A DNA stretch of 64,000 nucleotides, taken from positions 110,313-174,312 of the forward strand of contig CAVOWQ010000030.1 of NCBI GenBank assembly GCA_963700195.1, given 5' to 3'. The notes below the pieces were generated by a model, which did no database searches, was not told where the DNA came from, and was given only the letters and a program-made list of their open reading frames with translations. This stretch comes from an uncultured Alphaproteobacteria bacterium (lineage in GTDB: Bacteria; Pseudomonadota; Alphaproteobacteria; ATCC43930; CGMCC-115725). The translations under genes were made by a program, and so were the position numbers. This document shows, in pieces, positions 44,798 to 54,500 of this stretch; the stretch's first letter is position 1; every line of letters begins with the position of its first letter.

Positions 44798-45454
44798 CTA
44801 CAGCCCCTTTTCGACCATATCCAGCAAGCGTTGCCCGATCGCATCCCTTTCCGCGGAACCGAGTCTGCGCAGCGGCCCCTCCGTGAGCAGCATGGCCAGC
44901 CCGCGCACGGCGGACCACGCCAGGTATTCCGCGCCTGGGCGACGCTCCGGAGGCAGCACCCCGGCATCGACGAGCCTGTCGAGTGCGGCGCCCAGCAGCT
45001 GAAAGGGATTGAGGCCGCTATCCCCCGCCTTGGCCGGAACGGGTTCGCCGCGCGTTTCATCGGGGATCGCGAAGGCGGTGTGGAACAATCCTGTTTCTTC
45101 CTGGGCAAAGCGCAGGTAAGCCGTGCCAATTGCTCGCAGGCTCGCTCGAGCGGAGTCGGCGGGACTGGTTGCACGTGGCAACCGGGCCAGCTCGGCCTCC
45201 ATCGCGACGGCCAACGCCGACAAGGCGGCCGAGCGGACCGCTTGCAAGAGCTCCCATCGGCTGGCGAAATGCCGATACGCCGCATTGGGGACGACACCTG
45301 CGCGCCTAGTGGCTTCGCGCAGCACGACAGCGTCGGGCCCGCCGGCGCGCGCCAGTTGGATCCCCGCTTCGAGCAGCGCGCGTCGGAGGTCGCCGTGGCG
45401 GTACGTGCTCCGTTCCTGGCGGCTCGCGTCGGTCACGATTTTATATGTGGACAC
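44798..45454 (-). CDS. TetR/AcrR family transcriptional regulator
   Basis: 218 aa, GTG start. HTH region RRALLEAGIQLARAGGPDAVVLREATRRAGVVPNAAYRHF. Confidence 0.9.
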   Translation of the reverse strand: MSTYKIVTDASRQERSTYRHGDLRRALLEAGIQLARAGGPDAVVLREATRRAGVVPNAAYRHFASRWELLQAVRSAALSALAVAMEAELARLPRATSPADSARASLRAIGTAYLRFAQEETGLFHTAFAIPDETRGEPVPAKAGDSGLNPFQLLGAALDRLVDAGVLPPERRPGAEYLAWSAVRGLAMLLTEGPLRRLGSAERDAIGQRLLDMVEKGL

Positions 45455-45495
45455 CGTCCATTTCGCTTGTTATAGCATTGTGGACGGCGTACACA
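45446..45495. promoter_or_regulatory. two copies of a 15-nt operator-like motif TGTGGACnnCGTnCA in the tetR / VOC divergent region
   Basis: tgtggacaccgtcca (45446-45460, containing perfect palindrome TGGAC-ACC-GTCCA and overlapping the tetR start codon) and tgtggacggcgtaca (45479-45493). Confidence 0.4.
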
Positions 45496-45527
45496 AAGCC
45501 GTTTACCCAATCTGAGGAGGAGTAGCG

Positions 45528-45941
45528 ATGCAGGTCCAGCCTTACCTGTTCTTCAACGGCCGCTGCGAGGAGGCAGCCGAGTTCTATCGGCACGCGCTCG
45601 GGGCCGAGGGGATCATGCTCATGCGGTGGAAGGACCACCCTGACCCTCAGCCACCGGGCATGGTCCCGCCGGGCAGTGAGAACAAGGTGATGCATATGCG
45701 ATTCCACATCGGAGATACGGAGATATTGGCTTCCGACGGCCAGTGTGTTGGGCAGCCGAGCTTTCAAGGCTTTGCGTTGTCGCTGACTGCGTCTAACGAG
45801 GCCGAGGCCGAGCGACTCTTCCATGCCCTGAGCGACGGCGGGGAGATACGGATGCCACTGGCCAAGACCTTCTTCTCGCCGAGTTTCGGCATGGTTGCGG
45901 ACCGCTTCGGCGTGTCGTGGATGGTCTACGTGGAGGGTTGA
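45528..45941 (+). CDS. VOC family protein (PhnB-like)
   Basis: 137 aa after GAGGAGGAG. MQVQPYLFFNGRCEEAAEFY..VMHMRF..FFSPSFGMVADRFGVSWMV is the PhnB/3-demethylubiquinone-methyltransferase-like fold signature. Confidence 0.85.
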   Translation: MQVQPYLFFNGRCEEAAEFYRHALGAEGIMLMRWKDHPDPQPPGMVPPGSENKVMHMRFHIGDTEILASDGQCVGQPSFQGFALSLTASNEAEAERLFHALSDGGEIRMPLAKTFFSPSFGMVADRFGVSWMVYVEG

Positions 45942-45971
45942 CAGGCGCCGCTCCTGTCGTTACGAAAGCGG

Positions 45972-46030
45972 CATCGTGGTGGATTTGAGCCGACCGGCTT
46001 GCGGCCACGTTAAAGAAGCGCTAAAAGGTC
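45972..46030 (+). promoter_or_regulatory. putative SAM-II (metA-type) riboswitch
   Basis: cGUGGUGGAUUUgagccgaccGGCUUGcGGCCACGUUAAAGaaGCGCUAAAAgg contains the blocks I remember for SAM-II: GAUUU, GGCUUG, P1 closing GUGG/CCAC, UUAAAG, GCUAAAA. It lies in the 5' leader of metZ, a typical SAM-II-controlled gene in Alphaproteobacteria. Identified from memory of the consensus, not from a covariance search. Confidence 0.55.
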
Positions 46031-46047
46031 GGGAGTTCTGAAAGGAG

Positions 46048-46076
46048 CCCTGGCCCGCGCGGGACCGGGGTTTTTT
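46048..46076 (+). terminator. intrinsic terminator-like hairpin plus T6
   Basis: ccctggcccgcgcgggaccgggg followed by tttttt. About 9 bp GC-rich stem with one bulge. Sits between the riboswitch-like element and the metZ start. Confidence 0.6.
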
Positions 46077-46118
46077 GTTGCCCGGATCGGCGCGGCCGTA
46101 CATTGGAGAGACCCGCCG

Positions 46119-47315
46119 ATGACGAAGCCCGTCCTGCCCCTCGACCTCCTCGAAACTCTGGATCCGGCGACGATCCTGGTGCGCGGCGGCGCTACCCGCA
46201 GCCCGTACGACGAGACCTGCGAGGCCTTGTTCATGACCTCGGGCTTCGTCTACGACACGGCCGCGGCGGCCGAGGAGGCGTTCGCCCAGGAGGGGTCGCG
46301 TTTCGTCTATTCGCGCTACCGCAACCCGACCGTGGCGATGTTCGAGGAGCGGCTGCGGCTGCTCGAAGGCGCCGAGGCCTGCCGCGCCACGGCGAGCGGG
46401 ATGGCGGCGGTGTTCGCGGCATTGTTGTGCCGGCTGCGCGCCGGCCAGCGGGTCGTGTCGAGCCGCGCCTTGTTCGGGTCTTGCCACTACATCGTCGCCG
46501 ATCTGCTGCCGCGCTGGGGCATCGAGACCGTCCTCGTCGACGGGCGCGACCTCGGCGCGTGGGAGGCGGCGCTCGCCGGCGGCGCGGCATTGGCTTTTTG
46601 CGAGAGCCCCTCCAACCCGGCGATGGAGATCATCGATCTCGCCGAGGTCGCGCGCCTGACCCACCGCGCCGGCGGCATTCTCGTCGTCGACAACGTGTTC
46701 GCGACGCCGCTCCTGCAGAAGCCATTGGCATTGGGCGCCGATGTCGTCGTCTATTCGGCGACCAAGCACATCGACGGCCAGGGACGCTGTCTCGGCGGCG
46801 CGATCCTGGCATCGGAGAAATTCATCAAGGACGATCTCGGTCCCTTTTACCGGCATACCGGGCCGTCCTTGAGCCCGTTCAACGCCTGGCTGCTGTTGAA
46901 GGGCCTTGAAACCTTGGAACTGCGCGTCGAACGGCAATGCCGCACCGCCGCTGCGGTCGCCCGTTATCTGGAGAGCCACCCAAAGATCACGCGCGTCCTC
47001 TATCCCGGCCTGCCGAGCCATCCACAATACGAGCTCGCGCGTCGGCAGATGAGACAAGGCGGCAGCCTCGTCTGCTTCGACGTGGCCGGCGGCAAGGAGG
47101 CCTGCTTCCGGTTTCTGGACGCGCTGCGGCTCGTCGATATTTCCAACAATCTCGGGGATTCGAAGTCTCTCGTCACGCACCCGGCGACGACGACGCATTC
47201 GCGCCTGAAGCCCGAGGAGCGGGCCGAGCTCGGCATCGGCGACGCGCTGGTGCGCTTCTCGGCCGGGCTCGAAGGCGAAGCGATCTGCTTGGCGACATCG
47301 AGCGGCGCTAAATGA
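46119..47315 (+). CDS. metZ: O-succinylhomoserine sulfhydrylase (Cys/Met-metabolism PLP enzyme)
   Basis: 398 aa. RGGATRSPYDETCEALFMTSGFVY..SRYRNPTV..YSATKHIDGQG (PLP lysine)..SLVTHPATTTH. The last ~12 codons may be affected by a frameshift near 47278 (the alternative frame ends DLLGDIERR* at 47311). Confidence 0.9.
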   Translation: MTKPVLPLDLLETLDPATILVRGGATRSPYDETCEALFMTSGFVYDTAAAAEEAFAQEGSRFVYSRYRNPTVAMFEERLRLLEGAEACRATASGMAAVFAALLCRLRAGQRVVSSRALFGSCHYIVADLLPRWGIETVLVDGRDLGAWEAALAGGAALAFCESPSNPAMEIIDLAEVARLTHRAGGILVVDNVFATPLLQKPLALGADVVVYSATKHIDGQGRCLGGAILASEKFIKDDLGPFYRHTGPSLSPFNAWLLLKGLETLELRVERQCRTAAAVARYLESHPKITRVLYPGLPSHPQYELARRQMRQGGSLVCFDVAGGKEACFRFLDALRLVDISNNLGDSKSLVTHPATTTHSRLKPEERAELGIGDALVRFSAGLEGEAICLATSSGAK

Positions 47316-47428
47316 ACGCATAATATATGTTATAAATGGTACTAATTGACATTCAAGACAGTGGTGTAATTATCTGAACCACATCGTACGGCGGTGTTGT
47401 TGCCGCCTGCCTCGCAGAGGGCTGCGAT

Positions 47429-49127
47429 ATGGTTCAGATCGACACCGTTTCGAAGCCCGAGGCGATCAAGCAGCAGAGCCGGCAATTGCGCGGGCACATC
47501 GCGCGCGATCTCGCGCGACACCAGCGCCCCGTTCGACAAGGAGGGCTATTCGCTCCTCAAATTCCACGGCATCTACCAGGGCTATGACCGCGACAGCGCG
47601 ACCGAGCGCAAGCAGCGCGGCGATGACAAGGTCTGGCAGTTCATGGTCCGCGTCCGCATTCCGGGCGGACGGCTCACGGCCGAGCAGTATCTCGCCCTCG
47701 ACGCGCTCGCCGACCGTTACGCCGACGGGTCGCTGCGGGTCACGACGCGGCAGAGCATCCAGTTTCACGGCGTCGTCAAGGCCGGGCTCAAATCGGCGAT
47801 CGGCGAGATCAACGCCGCGCTGCTGACGACATTGGCGGCCTGCGGCGATGTCGTGCGCACCGTCACGACAACCCCGGCGCCGATCCGCGACCGGGTGCAC
47901 GACCGGCTCGAAGCCGAAACGCGCCGGCTGTCCTGCCATCTGTTGCCGCGGACCCGCGCCTATCACGAAATCTGGGTCGACGGCGCGCCATGGCAGGAGA
48001 ACGATGGCGCCTCCGAGGAGCCCGACCCGCTCTACGGCGAGCGCTATCTGCCGCGCAAATTCAAGATCGGGCTCGCGATCCCCGAGGACAACACGATCGA
48101 CGTGCTGACCAACGATTTGGCGATCGTGGCGCTGTTCGAGGGCGATCGGCTCACCGGCTACAATTTCCTGCTCGGCGGCGGGCACGGGATGACCCACAAC
48201 AACCCGAAGACCTACCCGCGGCTCGCTACCCCGGTCGCTTTTGTCGAGCCCGAGGATCTGCTCGATGCCGCGGCGGCCGTCGTGCGGCTGCATCGCGACC
48301 ACGGCGACCGCGGCAATCGCCGCCATGCACGCCTGAAATACGTGATCGCCGAGAACGGTGAGGAGTGGGCCCGCGAGCGGCTCTCGGAATATCTCGGGAA
48401 AGCGCTCGAGCCGTGCCGCGAGATGCCGGGTTTCCTCGTGCCCGACCATCTCGGCTGGCACGAGCAGGGCGACGGCAAGCTCTATCTCGGGATCCCGATC
48501 GCGAGCGGACGCATCGTCGCCGACGTCAGGGCGGCATTGCGGGAAATCGTAGGCCGCTTCCGCTGCGATCCGATCCTGATGCCGAGCCAGGACATCATCC
48601 TGAGCGAGATCGATCCGCCGGACCGGGGCGAGATCGAGGCCGTATTGCACGAGCACGGCGTTCGTCTCGCCGCCGACATGCTGCCGGCCGAGCGCTGGGC
48701 GCTCGCCTGCCCGGCTCTGCCGAGCTGTGGGCTTGCCCTGACCGAGGCCGAGCGGGTCCGCGACGAGATCGTCGCTGCGATCGAGGAGCGGCTGCGGGGC
48801 TACGGGCTCGAGCGCGAACGGCTCAGCATCCGCATCACCGGCTGCCCGAACGGCTGCGCGCGACCCTATACCGGCGATATCGGCATCGTCGGCCGCATGC
48901 CGGGCTTCTACGCGTTGTTCGTCGGCGGCGACTTCGAAGGCACCCGGCTCAATACCCTGCTCGCCGACAGGGTGCCCTTGCAAGGCATCGCCGACACCTT
49001 GGACCCGCTCTTCGCGCTCTATGCCTCCTCCCGCGCCAATGGCGAAGGCTTTGGCGATTTCTGTCACCGCATCGGCATGCCGGCGTTGCAGACCGCCCTC
49101 GCCGCACCTCAAAAAGGCGCCGCCTGA
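47429..49127 (+). CDS. cysI: assimilatory sulfite reductase hemoprotein (sirohaem/4Fe-4S) subunit; apparent frameshift near 47505-47515
   Basis: MVQIDTVSKPEAIKQQSRQLRGHIARDLA from ATG 47429, then (+1) DTSAPFDKEGYSLLKFHGIYQGYDRD..RVTTRQSIQFHGV..CPALPSCGLA..TGCPNGCARP. Confidence 0.9.
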
Positions 49128-49197
49128 GGGGCCCCTTTTCACAACCTTGATCGCTCGGTACCCTGGGCGCCAACCGTTTCTCGTTGGAGGTAGGCCA

Positions 49198-50056
49198 ATG
49201 GCCGTGATCGGCGTAATCGCGCAAGGGATGATGGGTGCGGGGGTCGGGCGGCGGCTGCATGAAAGCGGTGCCGAGGTCCGTACGGCTGTTGACCGGGCGC
49301 AGCCAGGCCAGCGCCGAGCGCGCCAAGAAGGCCGGCATGGCCGCGGCAGGCGAACGAGCGCGAGCTGCTCTACGGCGCCGATTTCTTTCTCTCGATCCTG
49401 CCGCCAGGCGAGGCCGAGGCGTTGGCGCAACGTCTGGCGCCGGCGTTGAAGGCGCTCGACCGCAAGCCGGTTTATGTCGACTGCAATGCGGTCAGCCCGC
49501 AAACCGCGATCCGCATCGGCGAGATCATCGCCCCGACCGGCGCGCACTTTGTCGATGGCGGGATCATCGGCGGGCCGCCCCGCCCGGGCTACAGCCCGAC
49601 GATTTACGCCTCGGGTCCAACGGCGGGGCAGACCGCGGTGCTGCGCGATTGGGGGATCGACTGGCGGGTCATCGACGGCCCGGTCGGCGCTGCGTCGGCG
49701 TTGAAGATGTCCTATGCCGGGATCACCAAGGGAACGACCGCGATCGCCTCGGCAATGCTGCTGGGCGCCGCGCGTTTCGGCTGCGCCGAGGCGCTGATCA
49801 CCGAGCTGACCGAAAGCCAGCCCGAGATGCTCGCACGCTTTCGCCAAGGCATCCCGCGGATGTACGACAAGGCCTATCGCTGGGTCGCCGAGATGGAGGA
49901 GATCTCGGATTTTCTCGAACAGAACCCGCCGTCGCGCGACATCTACGCCGCAATCGCCCGGCTTTACTCCTACCTTGCGGAGGCGGAAGCCGAAAAAGAA
50001 CCCCGGGCCCCGACAACGCCGTCCGCACCCTCGACCGCGTTCTGGGCAAGAAATAA
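49198..50056 (+). CDS. NAD(P)-binding 6PGDH-like oxidoreductase with DUF1932 C-terminal domain; 2-3 apparent frameshifts (about 49285, about 49350, possibly about 50005)
   Basis: ATG after GGAGGTAGG. MAVIGVIAQGMMGAGVGRRLHESGAEVRT / LLTGRSQASAERAKKAGMAA / ERELLYGADFFLSILPP..VYVDCNAVSP..ALKMSYAGITKG..YRWVAEMEEI spread over three frames. The end at 50056 assumes a final switch before the REP cluster. Otherwise the ORF reads into the repeat to 50111. Confidence 0.65.
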
Positions 50057-50137
50057 CTCCCTCGCCCCGCTTGCCCCACCCTTCCCTCCCCCGCGAGCGG
50101 GGGAGGGTTAGGGCGGGGAGAGGGTCGGGGTGAGGGG
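50057..50137. repeat. REP-like repeat cluster (family A)
   Basis: ctccctcgccccgcttgcccc..ccctcccccgcgagcgggggaggg..ggggagagggtcggggtgagggg. Confidence 0.8.
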
Positions 50138-50483
50138 CTATCGCCGAAGTTCGGACAGCAGCATCTCTAGAACTCCGTCGATATTCTCGATCACGTCATT
50201 ATTCCAGATGCGGATGACGCGATAGCCGAGCGCAGCCAAATCGGTATCGCGATGTCGATCTGAAACGCTTTCAGCGCGCTGACCGCCATCGACCTCTACA
50301 ATGACATGCCGGTCACGGCACGCGAAATCAGCGTAATATTTTCCAATCGGTTCCTGGCGGGTAAACTTCAAGCCGCCGAGTTGCCGATTGCGAAGATTGC
50401 GCCCATAGCCTCGATTCTGCTGGCGTGAGAGCGCGCCGAAGCGATCTCGCTCGACCAACTCGGCGCTCGTCTTTGCCGCGCAT
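50138..50483 (-). CDS. DUF559 (Vsr-like) endonuclease domain protein; apparent frameshift near 50395-50405
   Basis: MRGKDERRVGRARSLRRALTPAESRLWAQ, then LRNRQLGGLKFTRQEPIGKYYADFACRDRHVIVEVDGGQ..GYRVIRIWNNDV. DUF559 signature. Flanked on both sides by REP clusters. Confidence 0.75.
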
Positions 50484-50536
50484 GCCCCTGACCCCGACCC
50501 TCTCCCCGCAAGCGGCGCAAGCGGGGCGAGGGAGTG
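50484..50536. repeat. REP-like repeat (family A)
   Basis: cccctgaccccgaccctctccccgcaagcggcgcaagcggggcgagggag. Confidence 0.8.
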
Positions 50537-50538
50537 TT

Positions 50539-51423
50539 CTATCCCTTCGCCACCTCGTGGTGGGCCAGGTGCTCGAGGACGCGGACCAGGCCGGAATGGT
50601 CCCAGGCCTTGCCGCCGAGGGCGGCGGCGGCGTTGAACAATTCCTGCGTCGTCGCGGTGTTGGGTAAAGACATGCTGAGCGCGCGCGCGCCTTGCAGGGC
50701 CAGGTTCAGGTCCTTCTGGTGCAGTTCGATGCGGAACCCCGGGTCGAAGTTGCGCTTGATCATGCGCTCGCCGTGCAGCTCCAGGATGCGCGACGAGGCG
50801 AACCCGCCCATCAAGGCCTGCCTCACTTTGGCCGGGTCGGCGCCGGCGCGCGACGCGAATAGGAGGGCCTCGCCGACCGCCTCGATGGTCAATGCGACGA
50901 TGATCTGGTTTGCGACCTTGGTGGTCTGGCCGTCGCCATTGCCGCCAACCAAGGTGATGTTCTTGCCCATCAAATCGAAGAGCGGTTTGACCTTGGCAAA
51001 AGCGCGCTCGGGTCCGCCGACCATGATCGTCAGGGAGGCCGCCTTAGCGCCGACCTCTCCACCGGAGACCGGCGCATCGAGATAGTCGCAGCTTTTCTTG
51101 TTTATCTCTGCGGCAAACAGCTTGGTCTCGATCGGCGAGATCGAGCTCATGTCGACGACGATCTTGCCGGATGACAAGCCCTCGGCAATGCCGGTGGGAT
51201 CGAACAGCACGCTCTTTACGTCCGGGGTGTCAGGCACCATCAGGATCACGATTTCGGCCTGCTCGGCGATCGCCTTCAAGGTGTCGCAAACCGTGGCCCG
51301 AGCATCGCGCACATCGGCCGGTAACCGGCGCTTCCCATAGACAAAGAGCTCGTGCCCGCCCTTGATCAGATTGAGGGCCATCGGATGTCCCATGATTCCG
51401 AGCCCGACAAAACCGATTTTCAT
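50539..51423 (-). CDS. 2-hydroxy-3-oxopropionate (tartronate semialdehyde) reductase-type beta-hydroxyacid dehydrogenase
   Basis: ATG 51423 after AGGAGGAG. MKIGFVGLGIMGHPMALNL..DAPVSGGEVGA..KVANQII. 294 aa. Confidence 0.9.
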   Translation of the reverse strand: MKIGFVGLGIMGHPMALNLIKGGHELFVYGKRRLPADVRDARATVCDTLKAIAEQAEIVILMVPDTPDVKSVLFDPTGIAEGLSSGKIVVDMSSISPIETKLFAAEINKKSCDYLDAPVSGGEVGAKAASLTIMVGGPERAFAKVKPLFDLMGKNITLVGGNGDGQTTKVANQIIVALTIEAVGEALLFASRAGADPAKVRQALMGGFASSRILELHGERMIKRNFDPGFRIELHQKDLNLALQGARALSMSLPNTATTQELFNAAAALGGKAWDHSGLVRVLEHLAHHEVAKG

Positions 51424-51555
51424 GACTCCTCCTGTTTGCCGCTGAATGAATTCCCGTAACCGCACACTGCTACAGTTTCGGCCAAAGCCTCAAGTCGGGG
51501 CAACTCGCTGACGGCGGAGGTGTAGCCTAATCAGCGCATCTCCGGGGGGTGGTCC

Positions 51556-54500
51556 ATGCTGCGCGCGTTGTTGGTGCTGTGCCTGGTGTCTGCCGCTGCA
51601 CCGGGGCTCGCCCAGGAATACCAATCGAAGGACCTCGCCGAGGCAGCCAGCGATTGGCGCCGTGAGCTGATCGAGCGCATCCCGGCCAACAAGCGGCAGC
51701 CGGCGATGATTGCCGGCTGGCGTCGCATGGCCGAAAGCGATTATCGGGAGAGGCGCTACCCCGCCGCGATCGACGAATTGACCCGCGCGATCGCCAATGG
51801 CGCGGATGACGGTCTGGTCTGGCTGCGGCTCGCGCAGGCCGAACTCGCCACCGAGGACGACCATGCGATGGCGAGCGCCTATAACGCTTATCTGAAATCG
51901 ACCGACCCGGTCGAGCGCGGCGTGGCGCTGTTTGTGATAGGCCGCGACTACGACCGCCACGACAAACAAAAGGAGGCGCTCGCCGCGTTTGACGCCGGCC
52001 TCAATTTCACCCGGCTGCCGGGGATTGCGGAGCGCGCCGAGGAGTTGCGCCGACTCGTCGCCTTCCGCGTGACCAAAGTCGAGATCCAGGCTGAAGCGGA
52101 ATGGGGCCGCGCCTGCCTCAGGTTCAACGAGACTGTCGAACATAAAGGCGATGTCTCGTACAGCTCGTTTGTGCGCAGCCAGCCGCCGCTCGACGGCATC
52201 GTGACCGCCCGCGGCGACACGATGTGCCTCGACGGCATGAAGCATGGCGGCACCTATGACGTCGAAATTCTCGCCGGCCTCCCGGCCGCCACCGGCGAGC
52301 GCCTGCGCGAAACGTTCACGACGCGCGTCGTCATTCCCGACCGCAAGCCGCAGCTGCGCTTTTCCGGCACCGGGTATGTGCTGCCCAAGCAGGGAACGTC
52401 GGGGCTGCCGCTGACTACAGTCAATGTGGACAAGGTCAAACTGCGGCTGTTGCGCGTCAACGAGCGCAACCTCGTCCCGAGCATCGACGCCGAGCGGCTG
52501 ACGATGAGTTTTTCGTCCTACGAGGTCGACGAGATCATCAACCGCACCGGCAGTCTCGTCTGGGAGGGCGAGATGGCGATCGCCGGCGAGCGCAACCGCC
52601 CGGTCACGACGGCCATCCCGCTCAAGGACATGCTCCATGAAAAGGGGCCCGGCGTTTACCTCGCCGTCGCCGAACGCACCGACCTGATGCAGGACCAATA
52701 TGCCGAGCCGGCGACCAATTGGATTCTCGTCTCCGATCTCGGCCTGGCGGCTTACAAGGGCACCGACGGGTTGGCGGTCGATGTCCGCTCGCTCGCCGAC
52801 GGCAAGCCGATGACGGGTGTCGCAGTCCGCCTCTATGCCCGCAACAACGGCGAACTCGCAGCGGCAACCAGCGATGCCGGCGGGATTGCGAAGTTTCCGG
52901 GCGGATTGCTGCGCGGCCGCGGCGGCGACGAGCCGTTTGTTTTGACGGCGCATGGTCCCGACAACGACTTCAATTTTCTCGAGATCGGCCGCCCCGCTTT
53001 CGATTTGAGCGACCGCGGCGTCAGCGGCCGACCGCAACCGGGACCGGTCGACGCGTTTCTCTATACCGATCGCGGCATCTATCGGCCCGGCGAGACGGTC
53101 GAGCTGGTCGCGCTGGTGCGCGACGACAAGGCCGATGCGATGTCGGGTCTGCCGGTCGGATTGCGGCTGTTGAGGCCGGACGGCATCGAGGTCGAGAAGC
53201 GGCAGCTCACAGGTGATCGACTGGGCGCCTATCGACAAAGCTTCGCGCTGCCGCGCGATGCCCGCATCGGCGCTTGGCGGGTCGAATTGCGTCTCGACCC
53301 GAAAGCACCGCCAATCGGCACTGCCGAATTCCGCGTCGAGGATTTTGTCCCGCCGCAGCTCAAGGTCGAGCTCGCCGCCGCCGACGGGCCGATCCGCCCC
53401 GGCGAGGCGTTCCCGGTCGATGTCGACGCCCGCTATTATTACGGTGCGCCGGGAGCCGGATTGACGATCGAGGCCGAGGCGGTCATCGCGCTCGACGACA
53501 ACCCCTTCCCGAAACAGCCGGGCTTCCGCTTCGGCCTGGTCGGCGAGGAATTCACCGGGGATCGCAGCGATATCGAGGCTCCGCCGACCGACGAGAACGG
53601 CAAGGCGCGCCTGTCCGTCGCGCTCAACGATCTGCCCGACCTGACCAGCCCACTCGCGGCGACGATCCGGGTCGGCGTGTTCGAACCGAGCGGCCGCGCA
53701 GTCTACCAGACCGTAACTCGGCCGATCCGGCAACGCCCGGTGGCGATTGGACTGCGCTCGCCCACCGGCGACGACGCGGTTCCGGAAGGCGCCGAGGCAA
53801 AGCTCGAGGTGATCGCGGTCGATCCGCAAGGTTCGCTGATCTCGGTGAACGGGCTGCGCTTCGAGCTGTTGCGCGAGAATTGGGAATACCGTTGGTATTC
53901 GGTCAATGGCGTGTGGCGTCACAAGTCGAATATCCGCAGTCAGCCGATCGATACCGGCACGATCGATATCCCCGCCGATATGCCAGCCAGTCTGGCGCGG
54001 CAATTGCCCGCCGGGCGCTATCGCTGGGAGGTGACCGACCCCGCGAGCGGCGCACAATCGAGCTTCAGATTTCATGTCGGCTGGTGGGTCGAGGCCGAGC
54101 TGCCGGATGTGCCGGACAAGCTCGAGGCGGCGCTGGACAAGGCGAGCTACCAGCCGGGAGACACCGCCAAGCTGTTCGTGAAGGCGCCGTTTGCCGGCCA
54201 GGCCGAGCTGGCGATCGCCTCCGACCGGGTCCTCTCGCTACGCGCGCTGAACCTGCCGGCGGAAGGCGCCACGCTCGAAATCCCGGTCGACGCCTCCTGG
54301 GGCAGCGGCGCATACGCGCTGGTAAGCGCCTATCGGCCTTCCGATGCCCAAGGTAACACGCCGGGGCTGCAACAACGTGGACCGGGGCGGGCCGTCGGGG
54401 TCGCCTGGCTCGGGATCGATGAGAGCCCCCGCACCCTCGCGCCAGCGCTTGCCGCCCCCGACGTCGTGCGCCCGCGCAGCCCGGTCGAGATCCCCGTCAA

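Noticed and set aside
47261-47315. Possible extra frameshift at the very end of metZ
   Set aside because: The alternative frame gives DLLGDIERR*, which resembles the usual C-terminus slightly better than ICLATSSGAK*. With only about 12 codons involved I cannot decide. I kept the uninterrupted ORF and flagged the doubt.
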